Source of the DNA: Rhizophagus irregularis
Taxonomy: Eukaryota
NCBI RefSeq assembly: GCF_026210795.1
Contig: NC_089434.1
Coordinates: 3,596,001-3,660,000, forward strand
Reading direction: 5' to 3'
DNA length: 64,000 nt
The notes below the pieces were generated by a model. The model had not been told where the DNA came from. It ran no database searches and saw nothing but the letters and a program-made list of their open reading frames with translations. A program made the position numbers and the translations under genes. Shown here piece after piece: positions 1-12,560 of the stretch (positions are counted from its first letter, which is position 1; each line of letters opens with the position of its first letter).

Positions 1-3000
1 CTTTATTAGTTTGTTATATTAAAATAAACATATAATTGACAACCTTCTTTTGCCAAATGCAACCGAATAAAGCGAAGTTTTTAATTTTTAAAGTTTATAA
101 AAGTATTCTTGGGAACATGTACATGATTGTTACAAATGATGTTACATTTAGTGATGGGATTCTGCAGGAATCTATCGAGATCTGTTTGTACAAATCTTGT
201 GCAAATTTTACATTAGTAATACTGTACAAATCTCATAAAATTCCGCATAACGGTTAATTAACCCAATCTCTGGTTACATTGCATCTAAATTTTGTTATTA
301 TTAACAAAAAAGTGTATATAAATTATATATCATCTGGTAGTGGGGTTGTGATAATGATAAATCGATTATTTTTTAGGTACCCAGAAAATAAGCTTAAAAA
401 CTTGTAAGTTTTGAAATTTTTTTTTAATTTTTTTATCAAGAACATTTACTAACATTCTTTTTTGATTTTTTTTTGTTAAGAACATTTTCTAACAACATTG
501 CAGAAACTTAATTTCCTTAATATGCAGTAACTGCGTATTTACTATATTTTCACTATGCGATTACTATTACACGATAAAAATTAAAAAATGACTTGTCTTT
601 GTGGCGACGGCAGATTTTTACTTATCGACATCCGGATCACGAATTAACGAAAAAAAAAAACAAAAAACAAATTATTCCTTTGGCTTGCCTTGTGTCTATT
701 TCGTCTTGAAAGGTCCAAGGAGCCATTTTCTAAAGAAAAAAACAAAAAACGTTAGTAAATGTTCTTAGTGAAAAAAAATTTCCTTGGAGTACCTTGTTCA
801 GGGAACTATTATCTAAAAAAAAAGATAAAGGATATTAATAAACGTTCTGAATTAAAAAATTAAAAATATTCTTCTATTATTGGCATACCTCACATCTATT
901 TCGTCTTGAAACAGGGAGCCATTCTATATAAAAAAAATATTTAAAAAAGAAACATTCATTACAGAAACCTGTTTTCCTTAATATGCAGTAACTACATAGT
1001 GAAGGTTTTTCTGATATAAAATACTGCGTAACATTTATATTTTGTTGCACTGGATGCAGTGATACCTTACCCACAAAAATGCCTATTAAATAACATCAAT
1101 GATCTACATTATAGCCGGATCTCGAATTAAGAATATTTACTAATGTTTTCCTTAATTTTTTTTTAGTAAATGACTCTGAAATATGTCCTCAAATTTTGCC
1201 GTTTCTGTAAAAATAAGAATAATAAAATAAATATATAAATAATACATCTATATTTTGACTGTTTTTATAAACGTATATTCCAAAAAAAAAAGAGAACATA
1301 GTGTATATGGAAACCTTTGTATTACTTATAAAAAGGTCAAGACGTCAAGTCCATATGTGGTACACAATAGAACGGTCTAAGCCTTTCCTTATTTGGTAAC
1401 AAACATCCTTATATGGTATATGGTCTTATTTGGTAATAAATTATTTGGTAATAGGTATCCTTATTTGGTAATAAACAATGTTGATCTGTAAGGAACGCGT
1501 GTGATACAAAGGCATCCCGTATCCATACATGTTATACATGTTATAGTAATATCCAATTTTTTTTAAAAAAAAAAAAAAAATTTACCAATTATTTTATCCC
1601 TTTATTAATTAAAAATATTTATTTATCCCTTCCCTTTAAAGTAATATAAATTTTATCCCTTCCCTTTATTAAGTAATATAAATTTATTTTTACCAATTAT
1701 TTTATCCCTTTATTAATTAAAAATATTTCGTTTGAAAATCATATTATACACATTTCAATTTTAGATTTGCAATTTAACTTACTTTTTACAACGCCAGCAA
1801 ATATTTACATATCTGATATGTGACATCGTTATCTATGTTCTTTTACGTTCATATTGTTATATATTGTAACGTCGAAGCAAGTTTATGCATCACGAATATA
1901 GGCGTAAAAATAAAGTTCCGTGAAACTCAAAATCATGAGTGACCGTAAATATTAAAATTTAATTGGTAAAATAATTTGAAGTAAATATAGTAAATATGCA
2001 CAAATATAATTTTTGATTACTTGTTTGTGATTGGATGATCTTAACATTACCGGTTATCACACCAAATAAAGGCTACTCAATAACTTGATCGCCGAAAATA
2101 GTTAAATAATTAATTTAAATTTCCATAAAAATTTCAATATGCCAAAAAAAAGGAGAGAGTTACATATAGTTTGTTATTTACTGAAGATAGTATAGTCATA
2201 TGAAGAAAAAAGAAAAAAGTTTAATTTAAATCTAGTAAAAAATAATAATTCCTGATATGACGTTATGAAACTATTTACGCCATACATAAAAACCTCCGCA
2301 AAGATTGATGGATACCTGCTGCTACCTGGTTGATCAGGCATATATTTTATGAGTTTATGGGTAATTTACTTTTGAAGAAACTAATCTAGAACTCATTAGC
2401 TAACTTAGAAACCGGATGCAGGGCCAATGATATTCGGCATTTAAAATTCACAATTTATTTTTTTTTCGTTCATATCATTTATTCAGATGTGTTACAAAAT
2501 CTAGCAAATTTACTTTTGCTACAAAAAAACAAAATTTTTATACTCATAAATTCATCTTTTAGCGCCGTAAAAAAAAAAATAATCGACGAGTTCAGTTGAC
2601 CTTATCTATGACTGATTTACATAGCTTTCATGAACTATTTTATTTCGTAATCAATTTCATAATTTTTTATTTATATTTTTTTTGCCTTACTTAAAAATAT
2701 TAATATCTCTTAATTGGCGTTATTGGTTTTCGAGATATGTATTTTCGTTTTCTATTCATTTTCTTGTTACAATAAATATATTACTATTTTGCATCAATGA
2801 CATTTTTTTTCTAATATTGATGTGCACCTGTTGTGGGACCATACCATCAAGTTCATTAAGAACACACGATTTATTTAAAGGTATAAATAAATACGACTTT
2901 TATCATTGTTCTATTTTTAATCCTTTCCCTTGTTGGTTAGTTTAGTTGCTGCGATTGGATATATCGATTGGTGCATAAAAGATATTACTAGCGTTATTGT

Positions 3001-3186
3001 TTTTCTAACATTGATGTGCATCACCATTAATGGTTCATCGCATAATTCACTAAGAACACCTAATTCACTAAAAGGTATAAATATCATACTGATGTAGACG
3101 ACTTTCATCATTACTTTTATTTGTAATTCTTTCCATTATCAATTAATTTTAATTACTGTAATTAAATAATTTTTATTCTTTTCATC

Positions 3187-3855
3187 ATGATGTGGTCAAA
3201 TAGAAATTTTCTTTTCATTACGACTGGTTTAGTCGTTTTGATGCTTTTTTTCTCGTCGTCAGTAGCAACTAATAAGCATTATAACCATCATAGACACTGC
3301 CAAAAAGTAGTCAAGGCACACCATTATACTAGAACCGTTTATCCATCACATTGCCCAAAAGTACAAACTAAAACAACCACAACTACATCTACCGCCACCG
3401 CAACCACCACAACTACAAGCACCACCACCACCACCACCACCACCACCACCACCTCCACCACTACCACCACTTTCGTTGAGCCTGGTACTCCCACACCATT
3501 ACGAAAGAGGCATAATCAAGAACATGAACATGTTAAATGTGTTCCTGATAAACATAAACATTATACTTATAATAAACATGGCAAATGCACAGAAATCACC
3601 TATTGTACTCCAACAGTTTATAAACCATGTCCTAAAAAAAATAAAACCACAACAAAAACCGCTTTTGAAACCACCACCTCCACTGCTACCGCCACTACTA
3701 CTTCCACTTCTACCTCCACTTTCACCTCCGTTTTAGTAATACCCACATGTAGGGCTAGTGGCACTTTTTGTGATCTTAGTAATTTCGTTACATGCTGTAC
3801 CCAATGTTGTTTGTTAACTGGTCCTAATCAAGTTCCAATTAATCAATGTTGCTAA
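3187..3855 (+). CDS. Secreted Thr-rich/His-Lys-rich repeat protein with C-terminal 8-Cys knottin-like domain (222 aa)
   Basis: Hydrophobic N-terminal signal (FLFITTGLVVLMLFFSSSVA). Two internal modules (TVYPSHCPK+poly-Thr and TVYKPCPKK+poly-Thr/Ser) are separated by a dibasic LRKR. The C-terminus is C-x6-C-x7-CC-x2-CC-x12-CC. Intact ATG-TAA ORF with higher GC than its flanks. Confidence 0.85.
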   Translation: MMWSNRNFLFITTGLVVLMLFFSSSVATNKHYNHHRHCQKVVKAHHYTRTVYPSHCPKVQTKTTTTTSTATATTTTTSTTTTTTTTTTTSTTTTTFVEPGTPTPLRKRHNQEHEHVKCVPDKHKHYTYNKHGKCTEITYCTPTVYKPCPKKNKTTTKTAFETTTSTATATTTSTSTSTFTSVLVIPTCRASGTFCDLSNFVTCCTQCCLLTGPNQVPINQCC

Positions 3856-6800
3856 CAAGGTTTTTCTTATTAGAATACATAGAATCATATCTATTAGACC
3901 GGGCAAGAAAAATTTTTATATTCTCTTAACATAAAATTTTAATATTGAACATTTTTATATGTATTTTTTTTAATTGTACATCATATCATATGATATGTAA
4001 TTGGTATCCAAAAATAAATTGTTTATAGATTACATTATTATAATTTTCTAAAAAATGCCCTTTTAATATTTTTTTTTGTGTAAAAGCAATGATTTTTCAA
4101 CTCAAAATAATGTTATGTCAGCGTAAAACTCGTGATCCAACTGATTCATGTTTATTATTAACCATCATGCAAATAATAACGGTTATACTATGTGTCTTCA
4201 TTTTTTTGTAATTCGTGCATAAACCTGATGATATAGACATACGTACTGTACAGTCGCATTGGAAAGTAACGCCTGATTCACAATTACATAGTAAATTACA
4301 TATATAAAATGAATTCCGTATTTTATAATTAAAACAGTTCTTGTATTTTGACTTTCTCAATGTTCAAATATCATTTATTTTAAAAGAATATGATATTATT
4401 GACTTTAAAATGATATAATTATTAAACGAAATATAAATATATATGCATCTTGAAATTATCTATTTTTATATGTAAAATTTTTTTTTCAGATCTAAAAAAA
4501 AAACTTTTTTACATTATAATTAAAATACCTCTTGCATTTTAAAATTCCCAAAGTTTAAATATCACTTTTCTAAAAGAATATGATAATAGCTATAAAGTAA
4601 TATAAAATTTAGAAATAATTATTAAAAGAAATATAAATATGTATGTAGAATTTACTATGCGGGCGTTACTTTCCGACGTACATAATTACATAAACATATA
4701 TAGTACTAATGATCTTGTTTATTTTCTCCCGATCCATTGCTTTTCGGTTTTGGCCAGACATTCCCGAAACTGAAAAGTTAAAATTCAGGCTGAAATTGTC
4801 TAGCCAGCACTATACATTTTGGCCCGCATTATGAATTTTGTAGTGTTTTCTGATCAACGATAACTTGAACCACCTATTAGGAAAGGTAAACGATAGTGCG
4901 ATAACTGATGCAGATATATTTTTTATTCACGCACAAATCAGTGTTTATTATTTGCTATTGTATTTATTGTGTTTGTCTTTTATCAATTTTAAAGAACCGT
5001 TACAAAGTATTCCTAAGTTCTTTCACGAAAGTAGTGATGATATATTTGACATGACACAAAAATTTTAATACATGAAATCAAAAAAATATTTTTCTTCAAA
5101 AAGAAGGGTGATGAAATTAGGAAAGTTAAAGAAATTTTTTTTTTAAAGGAAAGACATCAAAGATAGAAAAATTAAAAATTTTTTATAAAGAGGAAATAGA
5201 AAGAAAAAAAACTTTTTTTAAAAAAAAGAAAGGGTGGTGAGTAGAAAATAAAAGAATAAAATCAAAAAAATCTTTTAAAGGAGCGACGAAAAAAAAATTT
5301 TTTTAAAGGAAGGTACGAAAAAAAAATTTTTTTTTAAAGGGAGGTACAAAAAAAAAATAATTTTTTTAAAAGGTGATGAAAAAGGAAGAAAAATTTTTTA
5401 AAATAAAAAAAACAAAATAACAAAAGAAAAAAACAACAAAAATAACAAAAACAAGACGAAAGAAAGGAAAAACAGAAAGGAAGATTAAAGTAAGGTTTAT
5501 AAAAAATGAATTGCTTATTAAATATATGCAGAATCTATAGAAACGTACATAAAATGTATACAAAATGTATTCTTTCCGTATACAGATTGCTTATAGGGTA
5601 ACATAGCAAACATACAATTTTACACTAATAAATTTTTAAAATTTACAAATAACTTTACAAAATTTAATTTAAAGAAAATTTATATAAAACAAAATTATTA
5701 ATAATTATATTATAGAACTAAATATTTTCAATATTCTCATCTTCACTTAAACTATTATCATCTTCATCTTCAACTAAAGGTTTTTCATTATCTTTAAATG
5801 GTATAAATAATCTTTTTTATTAGAAATATATTAATAACAAATAATTGGCTAATTTCTCTATAAGCAAAAAACCTGCATTATGGGCAAAAACCTTGTATTA
5901 TTTTTTTTATAGATTATATATAATAAACATGTAAAATTTCAAGTTTTGGCTTTGCGTATTTGGCTTCAGCATCAATTTTTATCCAATGATCGGCCAAAAC
6001 TACATTAATTATTAATAATAGAATTTTTCTAACTATCACCGGGGGTGATGATCACTGGTGACTAAATTATGACGATTAACCAGCATTAAAAAAATATAGT
6101 GCCGGTAAAAATTGATAATTCTGGCCAACGGTGATGATCACTCCTCGGTGAAGGATAATTTAGCATATAAAAATTAAAAATTATTATTTAATTTAAAGTT
6201 ATATTATTTATGCACTTTTTTATAATTTAATTATTTTTTAATAAAATGAAAATTGTGATTGGCAAATGATCAGTGAACTGATATAAAGCATGTTTGATAT
6301 GCTTTATAGGGTAAGGTTTATAATTTTCTTGAATAATACCATATAGATAAAACTGAAATGAAATAACAAAGTCAAAATGGTTAGAAAAAATTCTATGGTT
6401 AAAATATTGAATTTTGATAGTTAAAACATATTATGAGGGTCAAAATGTATTACAAGACAATACAAAACAATGAAGGCTAATAAATGCAGTAATAATAATT
6501 TACTTAATAATAATTTACTTGTTTTATCAATCAAAACTAATATTGCTTTTTGAGATGTGAATAATTTTATTTGCAAATAATTTTATAAAAGAGAAAATTT
6601 TCAATATTTAATTTTAAATTTAATTTTTTGAATAGCTATATAAGGATTTCTTTAATGATATCAATTAAAATACTTCTCTATCTTCTCCTTTTACCACTTC
6701 AAACCATTTATGAATCTCTTCATCAATATATAGCAGAGGTTATGTACAGTACCTTGCTTTCATGTTTTCATAAAATATTGAGAGAAACTAATTTTATCTG

Positions 6801-7220
6801 GTGGTTTCACAACAAAATATGATATGGCTATACTTGTTACTTCAGATTAATGTTGGTCTCTGTAAATAGTTGTAAGTACAAAACTCAAGTAAATACAATG
6901 GTTGTAAATTAAAATTACCATCTTTTAGCTAATCACAATAGTGTAGTATTTACAGCCAATTTACAGCTTATGTTTATAATATTACAACTGCTAAAGGTTG
7001 TAATTTGATATATAATAATCATTACTTATGGCAACCAATATTACTTCAGATAATGTTGATGGTCTAACCAGGCTAAGTCTAGTGGTACCTATATATAAAG
7101 GTCATACTGTGTTTTGTGGTGGCATGCAGTCGAACCAGGCTTAAAGTGTTATCATGTTATGCGCCTATTTGTATGGCAACAATGATGATACAATTCACTC
7201 ATTCATTTTATTTATTTCAG

Positions 7221-7577
7221 AATGAGTTACAAGACCAGTAAGGGCAATATCCTAACAGGAGATGGCGGAATTGATTTAATTGTAGAGTATAGGGGGTGTA
7301 AAATTCATTGTGTGATGCAAGAATTTTACAAAAGACAAAGTAAATGCTTCCCTTGTTAGAGATTTTATTGTATGTATATTTATGATTATTAAGGGAGGGT
7401 TATTGAATTGTTCTCCTGATACACTAGGAATTTTATTACAACCATCAGATATACGCAGTCATCACTTGAGTTAGCAAAAAGTTCAGTTTATGATATATTA
7501 ATACTTAATATTTCAAATTTAATTAAACAGTTTATATTGTATATATGTAAACAGAAAAGTAAAGAAGTGCTCAAGTG
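7221..7577 (+). pseudogene. Mrr-like (type IV restriction endonuclease fold, PD-(D/E)xK) pseudogene
   Basis: Manual translation gives GDGGIDLIVEYRG..IV*CKNFTKDKVNASLVRDFI, then TLGIL..YTQSSLELAKSSVYDILIL. This fits the Mrr_cat pattern DGGID..QCK..V..VR.F.G. TGA replaces the Q of QCK and there are frameshifts. Boundaries approximate. Confidence 0.65.
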
Positions 7578-10262
7578 ATGATTGTGATATCATTACGATC
7601 GAAAATACTGAATTCAAAAATATTGAGCATTATATGTTTCATACTTTTTCTTTTTTAAAACTCTAACGGAACGCTTTTATTAAATAAAACTTCAAGTAAC
7701 CGAAAACTGTAACAAAGTTTAAACATTATCATTTATAGTTAGTAAGTTCTTAATGGATAAGTATTTCATGTGCAAAACTATTTGTCTTGAAGATATGATT
7801 CCGTTAAGCACTACCATAGCTTCCGGATTATCATTGATATGATGATGCAATACCTGAAGGCTGAAGGTTTTACCTGAGATAGTTTCTTCAACCAAATTAT
7901 GGATAAATGATTTGCTATATTTTTATTCGAGCTTAAAAAATTGTACAATAATTAATCTCCAAAAAAATGATGGTGATGGCAAAATCGGTAAGTTAAAATC
8001 ACGATATAGCCACGAAGAATCAGCTGATCAGATTAGTCAAATTATGATTTATGTTCTGAAAGATAATCTTTTTAAGCTTAAAAAGTTATTTAAACTTTTT
8101 ATCCTTTCGAAACTTTTTTAAAAAAAAAAAAAATTTTTCTTTCTTTTTTAGGAATTACTAAGGAAGGCGCAGAACCCTCTAGTATTAAATCACATGATAG
8201 TGTTTAAATCATGTGATGTTTGGTCGGTATCAGACTATCGATCGGTAAGTTTCGAAAGTTTGAAACTTTGTTCTTCTTTTAGAAAATAAAATTTAATTTT
8301 TTTTCTTTTTTTTAGGTATTAGATCAGCTTTGGTTTTGCGCTTTGGGTCAGTAAGTTTCGAAAGTCAAACAGAAATTCATAGATTGGACTAGTGCGTCCC
8401 TATAAAAAGAAGAAAGAATATTAGAAATGTTCTTTCACCTTCATTCACTCCCATTTACCTAAGAAGTCTGATGTCCTACAAAAAAAGTCCGGCCTATAAA
8501 AAAAATATACATTATAACAAAAAAAAAATTTTTTATTTTTTTAAATAAAAAAAAGTTAATACTGATCAACCCGCCAATCAGATATGACGAAACTATATGT
8601 ATATCATAAGATATACTACGCCGAAGAAATGATGATATTGACTCAGATATCAACACATAAAGGTATAAAGGAGGCATTGGAATTGGATACCTTATGATAG
8701 ATTTTATGATATTGAATATATTGCAAAAGGTGGGTTCGGTAAACTTTTGAACCGTCGTTTTTCTTTTAAAAAAATAAAATTTAATTTTTTTTAGATATAG
8801 TAGCACCCATAAGTGCACCTTCTATAAGTGCATTTCCTCTTATAGCCTAGTCCCGAGTTCAGAACTTAGAGCTAAGTGCACTATCTCTATATTTTGCGCA
8901 TGCAATTCCGAGTCCCGGGTATATCCCATAAATGCATTCATGTGACTTTCACATAATGTTGACCAATCATCGATAACTGTTTTGGTCATGGTAAATTTTT
9001 AAAAAAAATAGATAAATTAATTTAATTTGAATAAAATTTGTAAATAAATTTAGAGATTTTTTAAAAAAAAAATTTTTTTTTCAATTTAAAAGAGAAATCG
9101 TGTGTAAAAATTAATTTTAGAAGTTAATCATGACGAACTATTATTACAATAAATTCAAATGTAACGTATGCAGATATATATTTATTTATGAATTCATTAA
9201 TCGAATTAACAAGGAAAAAATGTTTCCTGAAAAAGTTGATTAAAGATGATAAACCTTACGTCATGGAACTTACTACCTTTGCAGCAAAATTGATCTTCAA
9301 ATGTATGACAAGAATTGTAAAACTTTAATTAATTCGGTCGTGTTTTAATATGTTTTATTTTTAGTATTTTTAGTCAAAATTTTTTTAAAAAAAAATAATA
9401 AATAAAATAGCTGATTCATGATTATATATATATATTATATGTATTAAGTATTATTTTTAAGTTTATAATAATTATTAATAAATTAATTCCACGTTTTTAT
9501 GGAGAATTTTTTTTTTTTTAAGGGGGTTTATTTGTGTGACAAACTTTATTTTACCCCAAAAATTTTAGGGGATAGAAATGAGGGATGTGCGAAGAACAAT
9601 GAGGAACAAAAGTTCAATTGGCAAGAATTTAACAAGAAATCGACCCTTATATGGGCACCCGCATGAGCATCCGCATCCTTGTTTTTTTTTTACTTGATCA
9701 TGGGGGACATTATATTGTCATCCTTTTTCTTTTCGATAAGAATGACTTGTATCACGAAATGGTAAAGTAGTACGGAATTCGAATTTAAAGTCTAGAAAAA
9801 ATCTAGGTTCATCCGGTTCATCCGAATCCCCGAATAACGATCGGATGATTCGGGCCTTACAGCTGGTTAGTACTATTAGTACTCCAAAATTAGCATATAA
9901 TTTTTATTTTATGTCAAGCTTTACCGAATATTTCCGAGTTCCTAAGAGTTCCGTACATTATGAAATCAGCTGTAATTAATAATAATAATATTTTGACGAT
10001 AGAATAATGATAGAATGAAACGATTGTATATTATTTATTATATACAGTATATATTTTGTGAATAATAAAAATAAAGTACATATATGTATGCAAAGTTCAC
10101 CGCATGTTAATAAGTAGAATATTAATCCCCGACCTCTCATTAATAATCACGCCCATGTTTTTTAAATCTTTTTTTTAAATTAAATTTAAAATTTATTTCA
10201 TATTGCTTAATTCAATTTCATTTAAACATACTTTCTTTTTTTTAAAAAAAAATAATAAATAA

Positions 10263-10298
<36 letters not shown>

Positions 10299-11254
10299 AT
10301 AACTTGTGTAACATTTGATTTTTTTAAAAAAATAAGGAAGTATTTATATAAATATAAAATAAATTATAAATATAAATAATAAAAATAAGCCCTTCTTAAA
10401 TGAATGTAATCGTCTAGATAAATAATTAGGGGTACTACTTTATTATTATTATTATTTTTTTTTTTCTTTCTTTATTTCAGACTTTCGGCCGAACGGTCGA
10501 TTATTTCAAGATATAAACAAATTTTCACATAAAAATAACGACTCGAATTATTATAATATATGCAGGGAAGAAAACTTATTATGGTGAACACGGGATAGAA
10601 ATAGAATTTTTATTATGTATGTATTGTAATGTGTAAAATGTGAACGCGAAATGAAATAGATCCAGAACACATCACATATGAAGAAATCATTGTAACACAT
10701 CGCCAAGATAAAAAAAAATGCTTGTGCGAGAAGATTATAAATCAAAACAAATATTTTTTTGATTAATTATTGGTTCCGAACTATGTGTAATAAATTTATT
10801 TTTTCCAAAAAAAAAAAAGTATTATTTTAATTGGTAATCACATGCATATGTTTGCATCGTTGTGTCGTTGTGGGCGTAATGAATGACTTTGTTTTTTTTT
10901 CTTCATATATCTAATATATACTTAATTAATATAAAAAAAAATAAATTCAGATATAACTATTGTTTCAAGAGTTACATAATTTTTTTTTTTTTTTTTTGTA
11001 AGTTTTATATCCGAGATTTTCTGGGTGTTTTTATGGAGAAAAAGAAAGAATAAATAAAGAATTTTCTTATTTTCTTTACAATAAAAAGAATAAAAAGGCT
11101 AAAAATATACGATAAGTTGATTGTTGATAAATTGGATCAAGCAATCCGAATTAGTAAAAGTAGAGTAAAAAAAAAATGGAATAAACTTTTATCATACGCC
11201 AATAATAAACCGAATATATCTTGAAACAATTGTTTCAAATGAAAAAAGGTAAAT

Positions 11255-11366
11255 ACAGAAATCGCCATTAAGAATCGTCATTGAAAGAAATCTCCATTGA
11301 AAGAAATCTTCATTGATAAGAATCGCCATAAAGAATCGTCATTGAAAGAAATCGCCATTGAAAGAA
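11255..11366. repeat. Minisatellite of ~14-17-bp units (aatcgccattgaaagaa variants)
   Basis: About 7 degenerate tandem units are visible directly. Confidence 0.75.
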
Positions 11367-11607
11367 ACGCATGTACGAAGTTGTGTTTGTGATCATCAAA
11401 TTGTAGCACAAATTTAAGCCGCTTTATCGTTATATAAACGTGCATTTTGCCGATTTTATAAATATACATTTGCCGATATGTTTGCCGATTATTTGGATTT
11501 GCCAACAATATTAGAGTCTTGCCAATTGTCATCGCATTAAAATCACGTATTTCAAATATTTTGAATTTAATCGAATATCGAAATTCGATTCGAAAGGGAG
11601 TCTAATA

Positions 11608-12282
11608 TTAGAAATTAGTAACTCCATTGAATATGTGGTTTGTGAAGAGATGATTTGTCGTCTGCTGCGGTAGTTGTCTAAAGTAATTCAAAGTAACATG
11701 CGAATTGATATTTTCATATCTAATTTTTCGTCTAATTCGCCGATCACGAAGAAAACGATTATATAGTGGCACGTATGATTTTTTTGAATGAGTTTGTTGT
11801 TCAGAGTATATATCATTTCTTCGATACAAAGAGGAACTAATGGAGCAATAGAAGAAAATAAGAAAATTAAAAAATTGTAATCCCTTAAAATTTTTTTGGC
11901 GTAGAAGCTAAAATATTGTTCGGTCACACAGATAAACTTTATAATGATGTACCACCTCCCCTTAAAAGTAACAAAAAAATATTTCTCCTTACCACTTTAA
12001 ACTCTTTGAAGAAACAAGTTTGTTTCCTTTTTCAACACAAATTGACGAACCCAAACGTCTCCATAAAGTGTTCTTCATACGAATTAAACGTTTTTCTTCT
12101 GCGCGTAAAGCAGATTCTTCTTTCTGTAGTTCATGTTCTTCACGTAATTTTTCTTTACAGATGTCAAGTTGTTTGCAAATTTCTTTATAAGAGGAGATAA
12201 TATCGGTATCAGTCCAGTTATGAGATTGTCCGAGATAGTCAACAGATTGGGAAACAATATTAGTGAATGATTGTTGTTCCAT
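11608..12282 (-). CDS. Two-exon protein (172 aa): coiled-coil N-terminus plus C-terminal TNDPF/FNG-family motif; exons 12282-11993 and 11836-11608
   Basis: Intron 11992-11837 (GTAAGG...CCATTAG) joins the two track ORFs in frame (..SLK-C-SSLYRRN..), total 519 nt. The protein ends RQLPQQTTNHLFTNHIFNGVTNF. The same intron position occurs in the paralog at 27.7 kb. Confidence 0.75.
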
Positions 12283-12354
12283 TTTTTTTTCTTTTTAAAA
12301 AAAGAATTATATTTTGTACAAGGAAGATGTTTTTATTTTTAAAGTAAAAAGAAA

Positions 12355-12560
12355 AAATTTTTCTTATAATAAAAATAAAAAAAAGTTTTTTTCTTAATTT
12401 AATAAAAATAAAAAAAGTTTTTTTCTTGATTTAATAAAAATAAAAAAAAGTTTTTTTCTTGATTTAATAAAAATAAAAAAAAGTTTTTTTCTTAATTTAA
12501 TAAAAATAAAAAATTTTTTTTCTTAATTTAATAAAATAAAAAATTTTTTTTCTTAAAATA
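12355..12560. repeat. ~30-bp A/T tandem repeat (ttttttcttaatttaataaaaataaaaaaag), about 6 copies
   Basis: Directly visible, immediately upstream of the 12282 start codon. Confidence 0.75.
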
